Shown here in pieces: positions 49,667-62,868 of a stretch of 64,000 nucleotides of DNA. The DNA comes from Alphaproteobacteria bacterium. GTDB taxonomy: Bacteria > Pseudomonadota > Alphaproteobacteria > GM7ARS4 > G965262615. The stretch spans positions 928,001 through 992,000 of the forward strand of contig OZ253545.1 of the NCBI GenBank assembly GCA_965262615.1, in the 5' to 3' direction. Within the stretch, counting starts at the first letter, position 1. Each line of letters begins with the position of its first letter. The notes under the pieces were generated by a model that saw nothing but the letters and a program-made list of their open reading frames with translations, ran no database searches and was not told where the DNA came from. A program made the translations under genes and the position numbers.

Positions 49667-50913
49667 GAATCAATGGGAGTGATTGAGCCCTTGGCAAGAA
49701 TGTGCGAGCATCGCAACGCCCGAGCATGGCGATGCAATGCGTCACGAGAATAATCCTCAAGAGCCTGAATGACGATGGCATTGTCAGCGCGCCACTGCTG
49801 AATGTGTTTTTGCTCACTGTTCCAGACGGCAAGAATTCTTTTTTCCGATTCAGAGGGGTCAATGGTGTGAGCAAGGGCATCAATAAAGAGGGTCATGCCG
49901 ACGGCTTGTTCGCCCGTGAATTCATCGGAAGGTGATGGGAGAGGTGCGCGGTGAGATGAGTGGTGTGGATAGAGATGATTGTGATGACTTTCATGATGGC
50001 GGGCAAACAATCGTTGGGGCGTGTGGGGGCTATGGGTTTCATAGCGTCCGCCGCGCCCGATGTCACTGTCGTGTCCTTCCATGAAGAGGGAAAAGGTGAT
50101 GCCTGAGTATGCCACCATTCCTCTGTTTTCCAATGGGTCTAGGGTGATGAGCAGGTTGGGGATTTTTTGCCGAATCTGCTGTGCCAATTCCAGCAACAGG
50201 TCTCGTTGTTCTTGCACGGCTTGCGGCAGGCTGATGGCTTGCAGGGCGGTAAATGACTCATCCATGGGACCAGAGCCTTGCAGCAGTTGGGTCAGAGTTT
50301 TTGCCATGTGGGTGTCATAATCTTGCAGGGAGGAAATATCCTTGCGATTGAGGATGGAGCGCAAAATCATGGTGTCTTTGTCACTGAGATGATGATGCTC
50401 AATGAGCGACTGGGTGAGGGTGGGCAGGTTGAGATCAATGGTGATGGGACACGATGACACCAGTTTCAGGGCATCCAATGCGGTGAGGATGACATCCAGT
50501 TCCGCCTGAATGGAGTTTGCTCCAAACAGTTCAATTCCCGCTTGCAAATATTGTTTGTCGGGATGCAGTTGGCTTTGTTGGGTACTGAGACATTCGCCGC
50601 AGTAAGCAAGACGCAGAGGACGCTCTTGATGACTCAATTTGGTGCGGGCAATGCGCATGACTTGCGGGGTGATGTCATGGCGCACGGCGGCGATTTTTTC
50701 TGTGGGCGTATGGGCGAATCGCAATTGATGCACCTGTGCCGATAGGGGGAGACTGTCATGCTGTTCTTGTTCCACCAGTGGCGGTTTGACTCGCTCATAG
50801 CCGGCGCTGTGAAAATGGCTCATGATGGTGTGAGCGAGGACGGCTTCATGGTGCGCCGTTGGCGGGAGCAAATCATGAAAGCCAGCAAGGGGAGATGTGA
50901 AATCAGAGGTCAT
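49663..50913 (-). CDS. hisZ: ATP phosphoribosyltransferase regulatory subunit, with His-rich insertion
   Basis: GFHDLLP, VKPPLVE, RHDITPQVMRIA, RPLRLAYCG, QAGIELFG, YSGITF and GRGGRY. Confidence 0.85.
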   Translation of the reverse strand: MTSDFTSPLAGFHDLLPPTAHHEAVLAHTIMSHFHSAGYERVKPPLVEQEQHDSLPLSAQVHQLRFAHTPTEKIAAVRHDITPQVMRIARTKLSHQERPLRLAYCGECLSTQQSQLHPDKQYLQAGIELFGANSIQAELDVILTALDALKLVSSCPITIDLNLPTLTQSLIEHHHLSDKDTMILRSILNRKDISSLQDYDTHMAKTLTQLLQGSGPMDESFTALQAISLPQAVQEQRDLLLELAQQIRQKIPNLLITLDPLENRGMVAYSGITFSLFMEGHDSDIGRGGRYETHSPHTPQRLFARHHESHHNHLYPHHSSHRAPLPSPSDEFTGEQAVGMTLFIDALAHTIDPSESEKRILAVWNSEQKHIQQWRADNAIVIQALEDYSRDALHRHARALRCSHILAKGSITPIDS

Positions 50914-52711
50914 AATAGAAGGGGGCAAAGATGCTGAAGACAATCCATAACAGCAGCGTGAGTGGCGCGCCAAAGCGGACAAAATCGCCAAAGCGGTAGT
51001 GTCCCACCCCCATGACCAGAATGTTGGTTTGATAGCCGATGGGGGTGACAAAGCAACAGTTGGCGGCAAAAATGACGGTGATGGCAAAAATCATGGGATC
51101 TGCGCCAATGGCATTGGCAATGCTGATGGCAACAGGCGTGAAAATAACGGCGCAGGCGTTGTTGCTGATGAGGTTGGTGAAAATAGCCACCAGCAAAAAG
51201 AAAATAGAGATGATGCCAGCCGTGCCAACAAAATCAAAGATGTGAATGAGCTGTTCAGCCAGCAGGGCAGCCGCGCCTGTCTTCAGCAGAATCGTTCCCA
51301 ATGCCAGGCTAGAGCCGATGAGCAAGAACAGATTGGGTTCAATGGCGCGCGCGGCGCGTCTGACATTGAGCACCCCACTGAGCAGCATGGCGGTTGCGCC
51401 CATGATGGCTGCCACCACGATGGGGACGACTTCTGATGCCGCAAGGGCGATGGTGCTCAAAAAAATATAATTGGCGCGCCGTGCCATGATGGGTGAAGGG
51501 ATGTGGGTTTCGGCATTTTCAATGGTGAGCACATCGCGCGTGAGATAGAGATGACGGAGATCATTTTGTGCCCCGCGCAAGAGGAGGATGTCGCCGGCTT
51601 CCAGGGGGGCATCGGTGAGGCGTGTCTGGCGCACCATGCCGCGCCGCTGCAATCCGAGAACGATGACTTTGTAGCGATAGCGAAAAGCGAGGCGTTCCAG
51701 TGTCTGTCCCACAAGGCGCGAGGCGGGGGTCACCATCACTTCGGTGAGAACATGGGGGTTGTCTTCGTTGGTGCTGATTGTGCCGTCTTGGGCGGTGATG
51801 TGTGAGAGGTCTTTCTTGGTGGCAAAAACAATGAGCACATCTCCCACATTCAGCGTGACATTATGAAAAGGGATGGTGAAGGCGCGCTCGCCTCGTTGAA
51901 TCATGTGGATGCGAATGGCGCCGGCATTGGGCAGACGCGAATCGGTGATGACCTCACCCCTCCATTGCGACTTGGTCGTAATTCTAATTTCTGCCAAAAA
52001 AAGCTTTTGACTGGTCTCTTCTTGTTTGATGAATTCCGAAGCAAACGAAGCGCGCTCCACCAACAAATAGCGTGACGCAATCAGCACATAAAGGATGCCG
52101 GTTGCCGCCAGCAACACACCGGGGACGGTGAAGTCAAAGAAATGAAGCGGCGGCAGTCCGATGTCATTGAGGGATGAGGAGACCAGCAGATTGGTGCTAG
52201 AGCCGATGAGGGTCGTCATGCCGCCGAGAATGGCGGCAAAGCTGAGAGGCATCATGAGGCGACTGGGAGATTGCGAAAAACCCGCCGCCAATTGCTGCAT
52301 GATGGGAATGAACATCAAAACCACAGGCGTGTTGTTGAGAAAACCACTGATGACAGCCACACACAGCAATGCCAGAATGATGGCGAGGATGGGAAAATTT
52401 TGAATACGCGTCAAAATCGGCTGCACGAAGCCATCCAAAGCGGCGGTATAGTTGAGTCCTTGCGAGACCACCAGCAGTGCCAGCACCGCAATCAATGCGG
52501 GGTTGCCAAAGCCTTTGAGGATGTCTTCCAAACTGATGGAAAACGATGCCTCAGGACTCACGGGAAACAGGCTGTAGAAAATCAGCAGCACTCCCAAAAT
52601 AATCAAAGAAGTCACGGCTATGGGGACATAGTCAAGGGCATACAAGACAATCGCCCCACTGACGAGCAGCAGTGCCATCCCAATGTGTATGTCGGCGGAG
52701 AGTGGATACAT
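50903..52711 (-). CDS. SLC13/CitMHS-family permease with TrkA-C domains
   Basis: SGFLNNTPVV, GGMTTLIGSSTNL, two TrkA-C-like domains, ISNNA and TPIGYQTN. Confidence 0.9.
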   Translation of the reverse strand: MYPLSADIHIGMALLLVSGAIVLYALDYVPIAVTSLIILGVLLIFYSLFPVSPEASFSISLEDILKGFGNPALIAVLALLVVSQGLNYTAALDGFVQPILTRIQNFPILAIILALLCVAVISGFLNNTPVVLMFIPIMQQLAAGFSQSPSRLMMPLSFAAILGGMTTLIGSSTNLLVSSSLNDIGLPPLHFFDFTVPGVLLAATGILYVLIASRYLLVERASFASEFIKQEETSQKLFLAEIRITTKSQWRGEVITDSRLPNAGAIRIHMIQRGERAFTIPFHNVTLNVGDVLIVFATKKDLSHITAQDGTISTNEDNPHVLTEVMVTPASRLVGQTLERLAFRYRYKVIVLGLQRRGMVRQTRLTDAPLEAGDILLLRGAQNDLRHLYLTRDVLTIENAETHIPSPIMARRANYIFLSTIALAASEVVPIVVAAIMGATAMLLSGVLNVRRAARAIEPNLFLLIGSSLALGTILLKTGAAALLAEQLIHIFDFVGTAGIISIFFLLVAIFTNLISNNACAVIFTPVAISIANAIGADPMIFAITVIFAANCCFVTPIGYQTNILVMGVGHYRFGDFVRFGAPLTLLLWIVFSIFAPFYYDL

Positions 52712-52809
52712 GAAAGTGAGGGGAATGAGCAATCAAAGAAATCATCATAGCAAAAGTCATGATACGGGGGCAATGGCTGTTTTTTTTCAGATTGTATGCT
52801 ATGGTGTGA

Positions 52810-55199
<2,390 letters not shown>

Positions 55200-55213
<14 letters not shown>

Positions 55214-56582
55214 GGGAGCGTTGTTCCATCAATTCTGCCAGTTGCGTGACGATTTTTTCGGCGATGGCGGCATCATGGCTTTGCGCGGTGATGCGAATAC
55301 AGGGCTCAGTTCCCGAAGGACGCACCACCAGCGAGCCGCCGTGTTGTTTCAACGAATGTTGGGCACTTTCAACGGCGCGCGCAATGCCTTCTTCCTTGAG
55401 CAGTTGTCCTTGTCGGACGCACGCAACTTTATGTTCCACCGCAGGAATGGCGGTAAAGGGATGAAGCAACTGGCTGGCTTTGGTGTCGGTGTTTTTCATG
55501 ATGGCGAGAACCTCCAGTGCGGCGCGCAAGCCATCACCGCTCATGATGTCATCGTTATCGCCAAAGATAATGTGTCCCGAATGCTCGCCTCCCAGCACGG
55601 CGTTATGGTTCTGCATCATGCGCGCCACTTGGCGGTCACCCACATCGGCGCGCAGCAATTGCAAACCGACGGATTCCAAATAATGCTGCAGGGCGATGTT
55701 GCTCAAAGAAGTTCCCACCACATAGGGCGTGGGCATGGACTGGCTGTCAAGACGATGACGCGCCAGCACGGCGAGCAATTGATCGCCATTGGCGATGTGT
55801 CCGTGTTCATCCACCAAAATGACGCGATCGCCATCGCCGTCAAGGGCGATGCCAATATCGGCATTTTCTAAAATCACGCGTTCTCGCAATGCTTCAGGAT
55901 GGGTCGCGCCACAGCCATCATTGATATTGATGCCATTGGGGTCAGCACCGATGGTGACCACATCGCCCTCCAGTTCCCACAAGATGGTGGGAGCGATTTT
56001 ATAGCTCGCGCCGTGCGCGCAATCAATGACGACTTTCATCCCATGCAGATTGAGGTTTTTCGGCATACGGCTTTTGACAAATTCAATGGCGCGTCCTTTG
56101 GCATCCTCCAGACGGCGAGCTCTGCCCACAGCATGATGAATTCCTTGAGTGTAGGTTTTGTCACGCAGACACTGTTCAATGTGTTGTTGGGTGTCATCGT
56201 CTATTTTGTGTCCGTGGGGTGTGAAGAATTTGATGCCATTGTCGTGGTAGGGATTGTGAGAGGCGGAGATGACCACGCCAATATCACAGCGCATACTGCG
56301 GGTGAGCATGGCGATGGCGGGGGTGGGCAACGGTCCCACCAAAATGACTTCCATTCCCATCGCGGTGAAGCCTGCGCTCATGGCGTTTTCAATCATGTAA
56401 CCGGACAAACGGGTGTCCTTGCCGATGATGACACGGTGTTTGTGGTCGCCGCGCCGCATCACATGGGCAACCGCCATGGCGATTTGCAAGGTGGTGACAC
56501 CATCCATCGGTGCGACATTGGCTTTGCCGCGAATGCCATCTGTGCCAAAAAGTGGCGCGTCTTTCACAACATGATTGTGCAT
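55200..56582 (-). CDS. glmM: Phosphoglucosamine mutase
   Basis: FGTDGIRG, GKDTRLSGY, VISASHNP, DGDGDR, GGEHSGH and RPSGTEP. Confidence 0.96.
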
Positions 56583-56630
56583 AGGAATGGTGTGCGAGGT
56601 TTGCGATTTTTTGTCAACGCAAAGTTCGTT

Positions 56631-57704
56631 TCAATTTGTAACAAGGGTGCGCCACACGGCAAGAGCTTGTTTTGTCTGTGCCACATCATGCACCCGCAGC
56701 AGTGAGACACCGCGCGCCGCCATCATGACGGCGGCGGTTACCGAGCCTGCCAATCGTTGTTGGGGGTCATTGTGTGGCGCGCAATCATCAATGAAGCGTT
56801 TGCGAGACACCCCAATTAAAAGAGGACAACCAAGCGTGTGAAAAAGGGCGATATGAGTCAAAAGGGCGCGGTTGTGTTCTTTGTTTTTACCAAAACCAAT
56901 GCCGGGGTCTATGATGAGACGGCTGGCATCAATGCCCTCGTTTTTGAGGATGGTGATGCGGTTTGCGAGAAAATCATAGATATCTAGCAGAGCGTCATCG
57001 TAGTGGGGATTGTCCTGCATGGTGGTGGGGTCATCACCCATGTGCATGATGATGATGGGCAGCTGGTGACTTTGGCAAAAAGGGATGGATTGCGAGTCGT
57101 GGGTGAGCCCGCTCACATCATTGATGATGGTCGCCCCTGCCGCCACCGCTTGCTTCATGGTCTCGCTGTGACGAGAATCAATGGAGATGGGAACACTGCC
57201 TTGCGTTGCCAATGCGGCAATGACTGGCTTGACGCGCGCAATCTCATCGGTCGGCGCAACGGGCGTGGCATAGGGACGGGTGGATTCGCCGCCCACATCA
57301 ATCACCGCCGACCCTTGTTTCTGCAACGCCAGACCGTGCGCCACCGCCGCATCGGTGTCATGATACAAACCGCCATCAGAAAAGCTGTCTGGTGTCACAT
57401 TGACGATTCCCATAAGAGATGGCTCATTGCCGTCATGGAGAAACGAGAAGTGATGTTTTTCTTGCAATCTCGTCAAACAGATCTCAGCATAATCACCTCC
57501 CTCTTTGCCGAAATGTTGATGGATATAGGAAGACGCGTTTGCCAAAGACAATGGCGGATGAGAGACGCGAGCGCGCGTGGCATCACGCTCATGAATCATG
57601 ACCGATGAGAAAAAAACAAACGATGATTCGGCAAGAGCCATGCTGTCAGGCGCGCCAGTGCCATAGGAAAAGCCGCAAGGCTCAAGATAAAGGGGCATCG
57701 TCAA
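56631..57704 (-). CDS. folP: Dihydropteroate synthase
   Basis: [43 protein letters not shown] and RVHDV. Confidence 0.96.
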   Translation of the reverse strand: MTMPLYLEPCGFSYGTGAPDSMALAESSFVFFSSVMIHERDATRARVSHPPLSLANASSYIHQHFGKEGGDYAEICLTRLQEKHHFSFLHDGNEPSLMGIVNVTPDSFSDGGLYHDTDAAVAHGLALQKQGSAVIDVGGESTRPYATPVAPTDEIARVKPVIAALATQGSVPISIDSRHSETMKQAVAAGATIINDVSGLTHDSQSIPFCQSHQLPIIIMHMGDDPTTMQDNPHYDDALLDIYDFLANRITILKNEGIDASRLIIDPGIGFGKNKEHNRALLTHIALFHTLGCPLLIGVSRKRFIDDCAPHNDPQQRLAGSVTAAVMMAARGVSLLRVHDVAQTKQALAVWRTLVTN

Positions 57705-59629
57705 GTGGCGGTGGCGGGAGAGGTGTCATCGCGCCGCCGCGGCGATGATGTGGTCACAGGAATGGCAGAATGACGAGGTTCGGGGGCATCGTCATCATCG
57801 TCAATATTTTCCATCGGCGGAAGTTTCTTGCCACTGATGACGACCCGTGCTTCATCGCCTGTGAGTGTTTCGCGCTCCAGCAGAGCCTCGCTGAGCAGGC
57901 GCAGTTCTTTTTTGTGTTTGGTCAGTGTTTTGCGTGCGGTTTGTTCGCCTTCGTCAACGATGCGGCGCACTTCTTCGTCAATCAGCCGTGCGGTGGCATC
58001 GGATACATTTTTGCGCTGGGTGATGCTGTGACCCAAAAAGATTTCTTGTTCATCCTCACTGTAGCGCAAAGGTCCCAATTGATCGCTCATGCCCCATTCG
58101 GTCACCATGGAGCGTGCCGCACTGGTGGCTTGCATGATGTCATTGGACGCGCCAGAGGTAATATTTTCTTTGCCAAAGATGATTTCTTCGGCGACTCGTC
58201 CGCCGAACATCATGGCGATGCGCGCCATCATTTCTTTTTTGTTGATGTTGTAGCGATCGCGCTCAGGCAGATTCATGGTGACCCCCAACGCTCGCCCCCG
58301 TGGAATGATGGTCACCTTGTGCAAGGGATCATTGCCTTCAATGAGCATGCCAACGATGGCGTGTCCTGCCTCGTGATAGGCGGTGAGCTCGCGTTCTTTT
58401 TCCGTCATGACCATAGAGCGGCGTTCTGCCCCCATCATGACTTTATCTTTGGCATCTTCAAATTCGGTCATGGTGACCATGTTTTTGTCGCGGCGGGCGG
58501 CAAGCAGGGTGGCTTCATTGACCAAATTGGCAAGGTCTGCGCCCGAAAATCCCGGTGTGCCGCGCGCCAAGATGCTTACTTTGACATCAGGCGCGGGCTT
58601 GATGCGTCCCACATGCACCTTCAAGATGGCTTCTCGTCCTCTGAGGTCCGGCACAGGGACGACAATCTGGCGGTCAAAACGACCAGGGCGCAACAGGGCG
58701 GGATCTAAAACATCAGGACGATTGGTGGCGGCGATGAGAATCACCCCACTGTTGCTGGCAAAGCCGTCCATCTCCACCAAAATCTGATTGAGGGTTTGCT
58801 CACGCTCATCATTACCACCGCCCAGACCCGCACCACGATGACGACCCACCGCATCAATCTCATCCATAAAAACGATGCATGGCGCGTGCTTCTTGGCTTG
58901 TTCAAACATGTCGCGCACGCGACTCGCGCCCACGCCCACAAACATTTCAACAAAGTCAGAGCCCGATATGATGAGAAACGGAACGCCCGCCTCGCCAGCC
59001 ACCGCCCGCGCAAGGAGAGTCTTGCCAGTGCCCGGTGAGCCCACCAGCAACACACCCCGTGGAATTTTGCCTCCCAACCGTTCAAACTTTTGCGGCGAGC
59101 GCAGAAATTCAACAATCTCTTGCAAATCTTCTTTGGCTTCATCCACGCCCGCCACATCGGCAAAGGTGACTTTTTCCTGATTTTGATTGACCATGCGCGC
59201 GCGCGAGCGTCCAAACCCCATCGCCCGATTGCCACCTTGCGCGTTTTGCATGAAGAAAAACCACAGCCCCATCAAGACGAAAAACGGCAGCCAGTATATG
59301 AACAATCCCAAAATGCCGGGGGAATCATCCTCTTCCGGCAGAGCCTTGATTTTGACTTGGGGAGCTTCCCTGCTGAGCCAATCCACAAACTGTGCCCCCT
59401 CAGGCATGTAACTGACAAACTGTGAGCCATCCGATAGCGTGCCTTCAATGGTGCGTCTCTTGACGGTGACATCACTCACTCTGCCCTGACGAGCATTGGT
59501 GAGCAAATCGGAATAGACAATCTCTTGACGATTGTGATGGCGTTCCCCGCCAGAGACCGCACCGTAGAGCATCACCACCAACAGCAGTGAGAGCAAAAAT
59601 AAACCGAGATGTTTTTGACTATTCTTCAT
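57701..59629 (-). CDS. ftsH: ATP-dependent zinc metalloprotease FtsH
   Basis: Two TM helices, [25 protein letters not shown] and HEAGH. Confidence 0.99.
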   Translation of the reverse strand: MKNSQKHLGLFLLSLLLVVMLYGAVSGGERHHNRQEIVYSDLLTNARQGRVSDVTVKRRTIEGTLSDGSQFVSYMPEGAQFVDWLSREAPQVKIKALPEEDDSPGILGLFIYWLPFFVLMGLWFFFMQNAQGGNRAMGFGRSRARMVNQNQEKVTFADVAGVDEAKEDLQEIVEFLRSPQKFERLGGKIPRGVLLVGSPGTGKTLLARAVAGEAGVPFLIISGSDFVEMFVGVGASRVRDMFEQAKKHAPCIVFMDEIDAVGRHRGAGLGGGNDEREQTLNQILVEMDGFASNSGVILIAATNRPDVLDPALLRPGRFDRQIVVPVPDLRGREAILKVHVGRIKPAPDVKVSILARGTPGFSGADLANLVNEATLLAARRDKNMVTMTEFEDAKDKVMMGAERRSMVMTEKERELTAYHEAGHAIVGMLIEGNDPLHKVTIIPRGRALGVTMNLPERDRYNINKKEMMARIAMMFGGRVAEEIIFGKENITSGASNDIMQATSAARSMVTEWGMSDQLGPLRYSEDEQEIFLGHSITQRKNVSDATARLIDEEVRRIVDEGEQTARKTLTKHKKELRLLSEALLERETLTGDEARVVISGKKLPPMENIDDDDDAPEPRHSAIPVTTSSPRRRDDTSPATAT

Positions 59630-59672
59630 GAATCATTGTCACAACGATGAGGTAGGACACAAGACGGCTGCG

Positions 59673-60968
59673 TCAAGTGACGGTGCGCACGGGCTGAAAC
59701 CGAGCCGTCACTGTGCGATAACAATCGCTTGAATGCAAGACAATGTCAAGAGATGGCACACAAAGCAATTCATGATTCTTATTCCACAGAGCAGGCAGAC
59801 TCATGAAGATGTCGGCTGGCAAGCGCGGCAGGTCATGATGCTTGATGGCATGCCAGCCGCTCTGACGCAACGGACGCACCATTGATGATGGAACAGAAGC
59901 TTTACTCAGAAGTTCAAAGCGATTGTCCCACAGCGTGGGGTCTCCTTTTGGCAAATTGCATGACTCCTTGATGAGTGCCACCTCACGATAGACAATCCAC
60001 CACTGTCCTCGCAGACGGCTGATGACGCAGCCGTGCAGCGTGCGGCTTTCCTTGTTCATGATGGCATCGCGTAACGCCAGCACATTCTCCAAACGAGGCA
60101 TGACGCACCGCCCGCCCACCATCTGCAGAACAGACGACAACAGACGCAAATGAATCTCCTCACTGTGGCTCAACAGCTGGCAACGATGATACATCACACA
60201 TCCCAGTGGTGAGACTTGCAATGTGGCAGCCGCGGCGGTGGCGCAATCATGCTCAAGAGCCTTGCGGGCGCGCCGCAGGCGGCGCGTGGTGTCACTGAGG
60301 CGGGTGCGCGGCATCAATTCATTCAGCAGTTCCTCATGCTGACGCAGACGCACCCGAGCAAAACGACTGTCATCATTGCTGTCGTCATCCACATAGGCAA
60401 TGGCGTGATGCTTGATGGTGGCGTGAAGACGACTGCGAGGAACGCTCAGCAACGGACGCAGCAGGCGCGTGGCGCGTCCGTAGCGGCAGGGTGTCATCGC
60501 CGCCAGTCCATAGACACCACTGCCGCGCGCCAGGCGCAGAAGCAGTGTTTCCGCCTGATCATTGTCATGATGAGCCACAAGCAGATGAAGAATATCATGC
60601 CGCTCACAGTAATCTTCCATGAGCCGATAGCGCGCGTTGCGAGCGCGCATTTGCACATTGCCGCCCGCCTCAATGGAGGCGGTGAGAATGGTGGCTTTGA
60701 TTTTCATCTTTTGCAGATTTTTTTTGGTTTGTTTGGCTTGGCGTGCGGATGCCGCTTGCAAGCCATGGTCAACAATCAACCCTTCCATGTGGCACTGGTG
60801 ATGGCGACACCATCGCTCGGTGAGAAAGGCAAGAGCCATGCTGTCTTGTCCGCCCGATACGGCAACCGCCAGTGTGGCATGAGATTCAAAGGGAGCGAGT
60901 GTCTCCATCAATGTGGTGAATTCGCCATCGGTGATGGGCGCGCTTCGCGCACTCATAATGTGATGCAA
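59673..60968 (-). CDS. tilS: tRNA(Ile)-lysidine synthetase
   Basis: AVSGGQDS, VDHGL, ARNARY, AHHDNDQAET, LRPLL and DDSN. Confidence 0.95.
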   Translation of the reverse strand: MHHIMSARSAPITDGEFTTLMETLAPFESHATLAVAVSGGQDSMALAFLTERWCRHHQCHMEGLIVDHGLQAASARQAKQTKKNLQKMKIKATILTASIEAGGNVQMRARNARYRLMEDYCERHDILHLLVAHHDNDQAETLLLRLARGSGVYGLAAMTPCRYGRATRLLRPLLSVPRSRLHATIKHHAIAYVDDDSNDDSRFARVRLRQHEELLNELMPRTRLSDTTRRLRRARKALEHDCATAAAATLQVSPLGCVMYHRCQLLSHSEEIHLRLLSSVLQMVGGRCVMPRLENVLALRDAIMNKESRTLHGCVISRLRGQWWIVYREVALIKESCNLPKGDPTLWDNRFELLSKASVPSSMVRPLRQSGWHAIKHHDLPRLPADIFMSLPALWNKNHELLCVPSLDIVLHSSDCYRTVTARFQPVRTVT

Positions 60969-61597
60969 GACAGACGCTGATACTCACTGCGCTGTTTTTG
61001 TAAAATGCGTTCATGTCCTGTGGGAAACAATTGAGGAATTTGACCAAGGGCGCGACAGGCGGCGGGGATTTCGCCGATGAAGCTCAAAGACATGGCGAGT
61101 TTGAGCAAATTATCGGCGGCTTTGTTGCCTTGGGGATCGTTTTCAAAGGATTCGCCAAATTGTGTCGCCGCCTGATGATACATCTTGCGAGCATAAAAAC
61201 TCTCCCCCAGCCAATAGCGAGCATTCGCGGCAAGAGCGTCATCGGCGTGATGCTGTAAAAACGCTCTAAAGGATTGTTCCGCTTGAGCAAAGTCACCCTC
61301 TTTGAGAAAATTGCGTCCCTCCTCATAAATTGATGCTGGAATTGATGATGGAATTGATGATGGAATTGATGATGGAATTGATGATGGCTCACCTTTTTTT
61401 GCTGATTTTTTGTCATCTGTCTGCTCCAGTGCATGGCGCAAACGCTCCACTTCCCCTCGCAGTTCAGACACTTCTTCTTCCAAAATGGACAGACGCATTT
61501 CCACTCGTGAGGCATCATGCAATTGTGCCACCGCAGGCGACATCGTCATGAGCCAAGACAATGCAAGCAATAAGACCAAAGGCGGATTAAGATACAT
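60953..61597 (-). CDS. cpoB: Tol-Pal system protein CpoB/YbgF
   Basis: Signal peptide, coiled coil and TPR (NARYWLGESFY...KAADNLLKLAMSL); lies upstream of tilS. Confidence 0.85.
   Translation of the reverse strand: MYLNPPLVLLLALSWLMTMSPAVAQLHDASRVEMRLSILEEEVSELRGEVERLRHALEQTDDKKSAKKGEPSSIPSSIPSSIPSSIPASIYEEGRNFLKEGDFAQAEQSFRAFLQHHADDALAANARYWLGESFYARKMYHQAATQFGESFENDPQGNKAADNLLKLAMSLSFIGEIPAACRALGQIPQLFPTGHERILQKQRSEYQRLSCITL
61328..61387. repeat. 12-bp tandem repeat x5 (SSIP linker in cpoB)
   Basis: AATTGATG(C/A)TGG units. Confidence 0.9.
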
Positions 61598-61650
61598 CTT
61601 GTGTCACCGTCATTTATCTTATACCATCACGACAGGTAAGAAAACACACC

Positions 61651-62865
61651 ATGACAATATCTTACAATCATACGATGCAAACACCAAGAGGATGGTTTTT
61701 GGGTTTGTGTGTCGCGAGTGTTCTTCTCACCGCGTGTGGTGGAGCGCAATCACCTCGTTTTGTCAACAATGTGTTTGCTCGTGCCGACCAATTGTATAAC
61801 ACCGGCAATTATAATGAGGCGGCGGCTTTGTATCGCCGTCTGCTCAATGATGAAGACCAACTGCCTGATGAATTGCTCGTTGAGATCTATAGCCGTCTCG
61901 CCGATTCCTATAATCAGTTGGAACAGCCTGAGGCGGCGGTGGTCATTTTGCAAAAGTATCTGGAACTGGACGCATCCGACAGTGAGATCAATTACAAAAT
62001 GGGCAAGAGCTTGCTGGCACTGGACAGGGTGGAAGAAGCCAGCATTCATTTTCGTCAGATGCTGGGATACGGCAGTGATACCAAAGCCTATAATGGCATC
62101 GGTGTGACGATGGATTTGCTTGCCGAGCATCGTGAGGCGCAACTGATGTATCTCAAGGGGCTGGAGATTGATTCTGATTATATTCCCATTTTGAATAATT
62201 TGGCATTGTCCTATGTGCTCAGTGGTGACAGCGATGAAGCCATCAAGATTTTCAAACGCATCAATTTTGGACGCACCGGCAATCCGAAATTGCGTCAGAA
62301 TTTGGCGATGGCGTATGCGATGGTGGGCAATGAGCAGGAGGCGGAACGGGTGAGTCGCATTGACTTGACTCCAGAGGAGGCTCAGCAGAATCTTGATTTT
62401 TTCGGTCGCTTGCGAGACCAGCGCATTCAGGCTCTGCTGGGACATGATTCCATTGCCGCCACGCAGGAGGATATTTTATCGCAAGTCATCGGCGGAAAAG
62501 GTGATATAAGAGATGAAGAGGCAGACAAGAAGTCAGATGACAAGAAATCAGATGACAAGAAATCAGACGACAAGAAATCAGACGACATGGCGGGCGGCAC
62601 ACGCATGAGTGGTGACATGCCAGAGACGGGAAGATTCACGGTGCAAATTGGGGTTTATCGCAATCGGGTGATTGCTCAAAACACCGCTCGCCAATTGCAG
62701 CAGGCAGGATTCAAACCGCGCCTGCATGATTATGAAAAAAAAGATGGCGAGTATCAGGTGTTGCGGCTGGGAGACTTTGAATCAAGCAAACAAGCCCGCC
62801 AAATGGTGCGGACAATTTATGGCAAGACGCAGCTGCTGGGCGAGATTTATCTGTTGGAAGAATGA
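61651..62865 (+). CDS. TPR + SPOR domain lipoprotein
   Basis: Lipobox LLTAC, TPR motifs (AYNGIGV, NNLALSY, RQNLAMAY) and C-terminal FTVQIGVY...LRLGDF SPOR pattern. Confidence 0.82.
   Translation: MTISYNHTMQTPRGWFLGLCVASVLLTACGGAQSPRFVNNVFARADQLYNTGNYNEAAALYRRLLNDEDQLPDELLVEIYSRLADSYNQLEQPEAAVVILQKYLELDASDSEINYKMGKSLLALDRVEEASIHFRQMLGYGSDTKAYNGIGVTMDLLAEHREAQLMYLKGLEIDSDYIPILNNLALSYVLSGDSDEAIKIFKRINFGRTGNPKLRQNLAMAYAMVGNEQEAERVSRIDLTPEEAQQNLDFFGRLRDQRIQALLGHDSIAATQEDILSQVIGGKGDIRDEEADKKSDDKKSDDKKSDDKKSDDMAGGTRMSGDMPETGRFTVQIGVYRNRVIAQNTARQLQQAGFKPRLHDYEKKDGEYQVLRLGDFESSKQARQMVRTIYGKTQLLGEIYLLEE
62524..62583 (+). repeat. 15-bp tandem repeat x4 (DKKSD linker)
   Basis: GACAAGAA(G/A)TCAGA(T/C) units. 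Confidence 0.9.
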
Positions 62866-62868
62866 CGG

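Noticed and set aside
50914-51087. 5' extensions of hisZ (and likewise tupA 48271-48354 and 40978-41280)
   Set aside because: They overlap upstream genes or lack homology; downstream ATGs fit the family N-termini and operon coupling.
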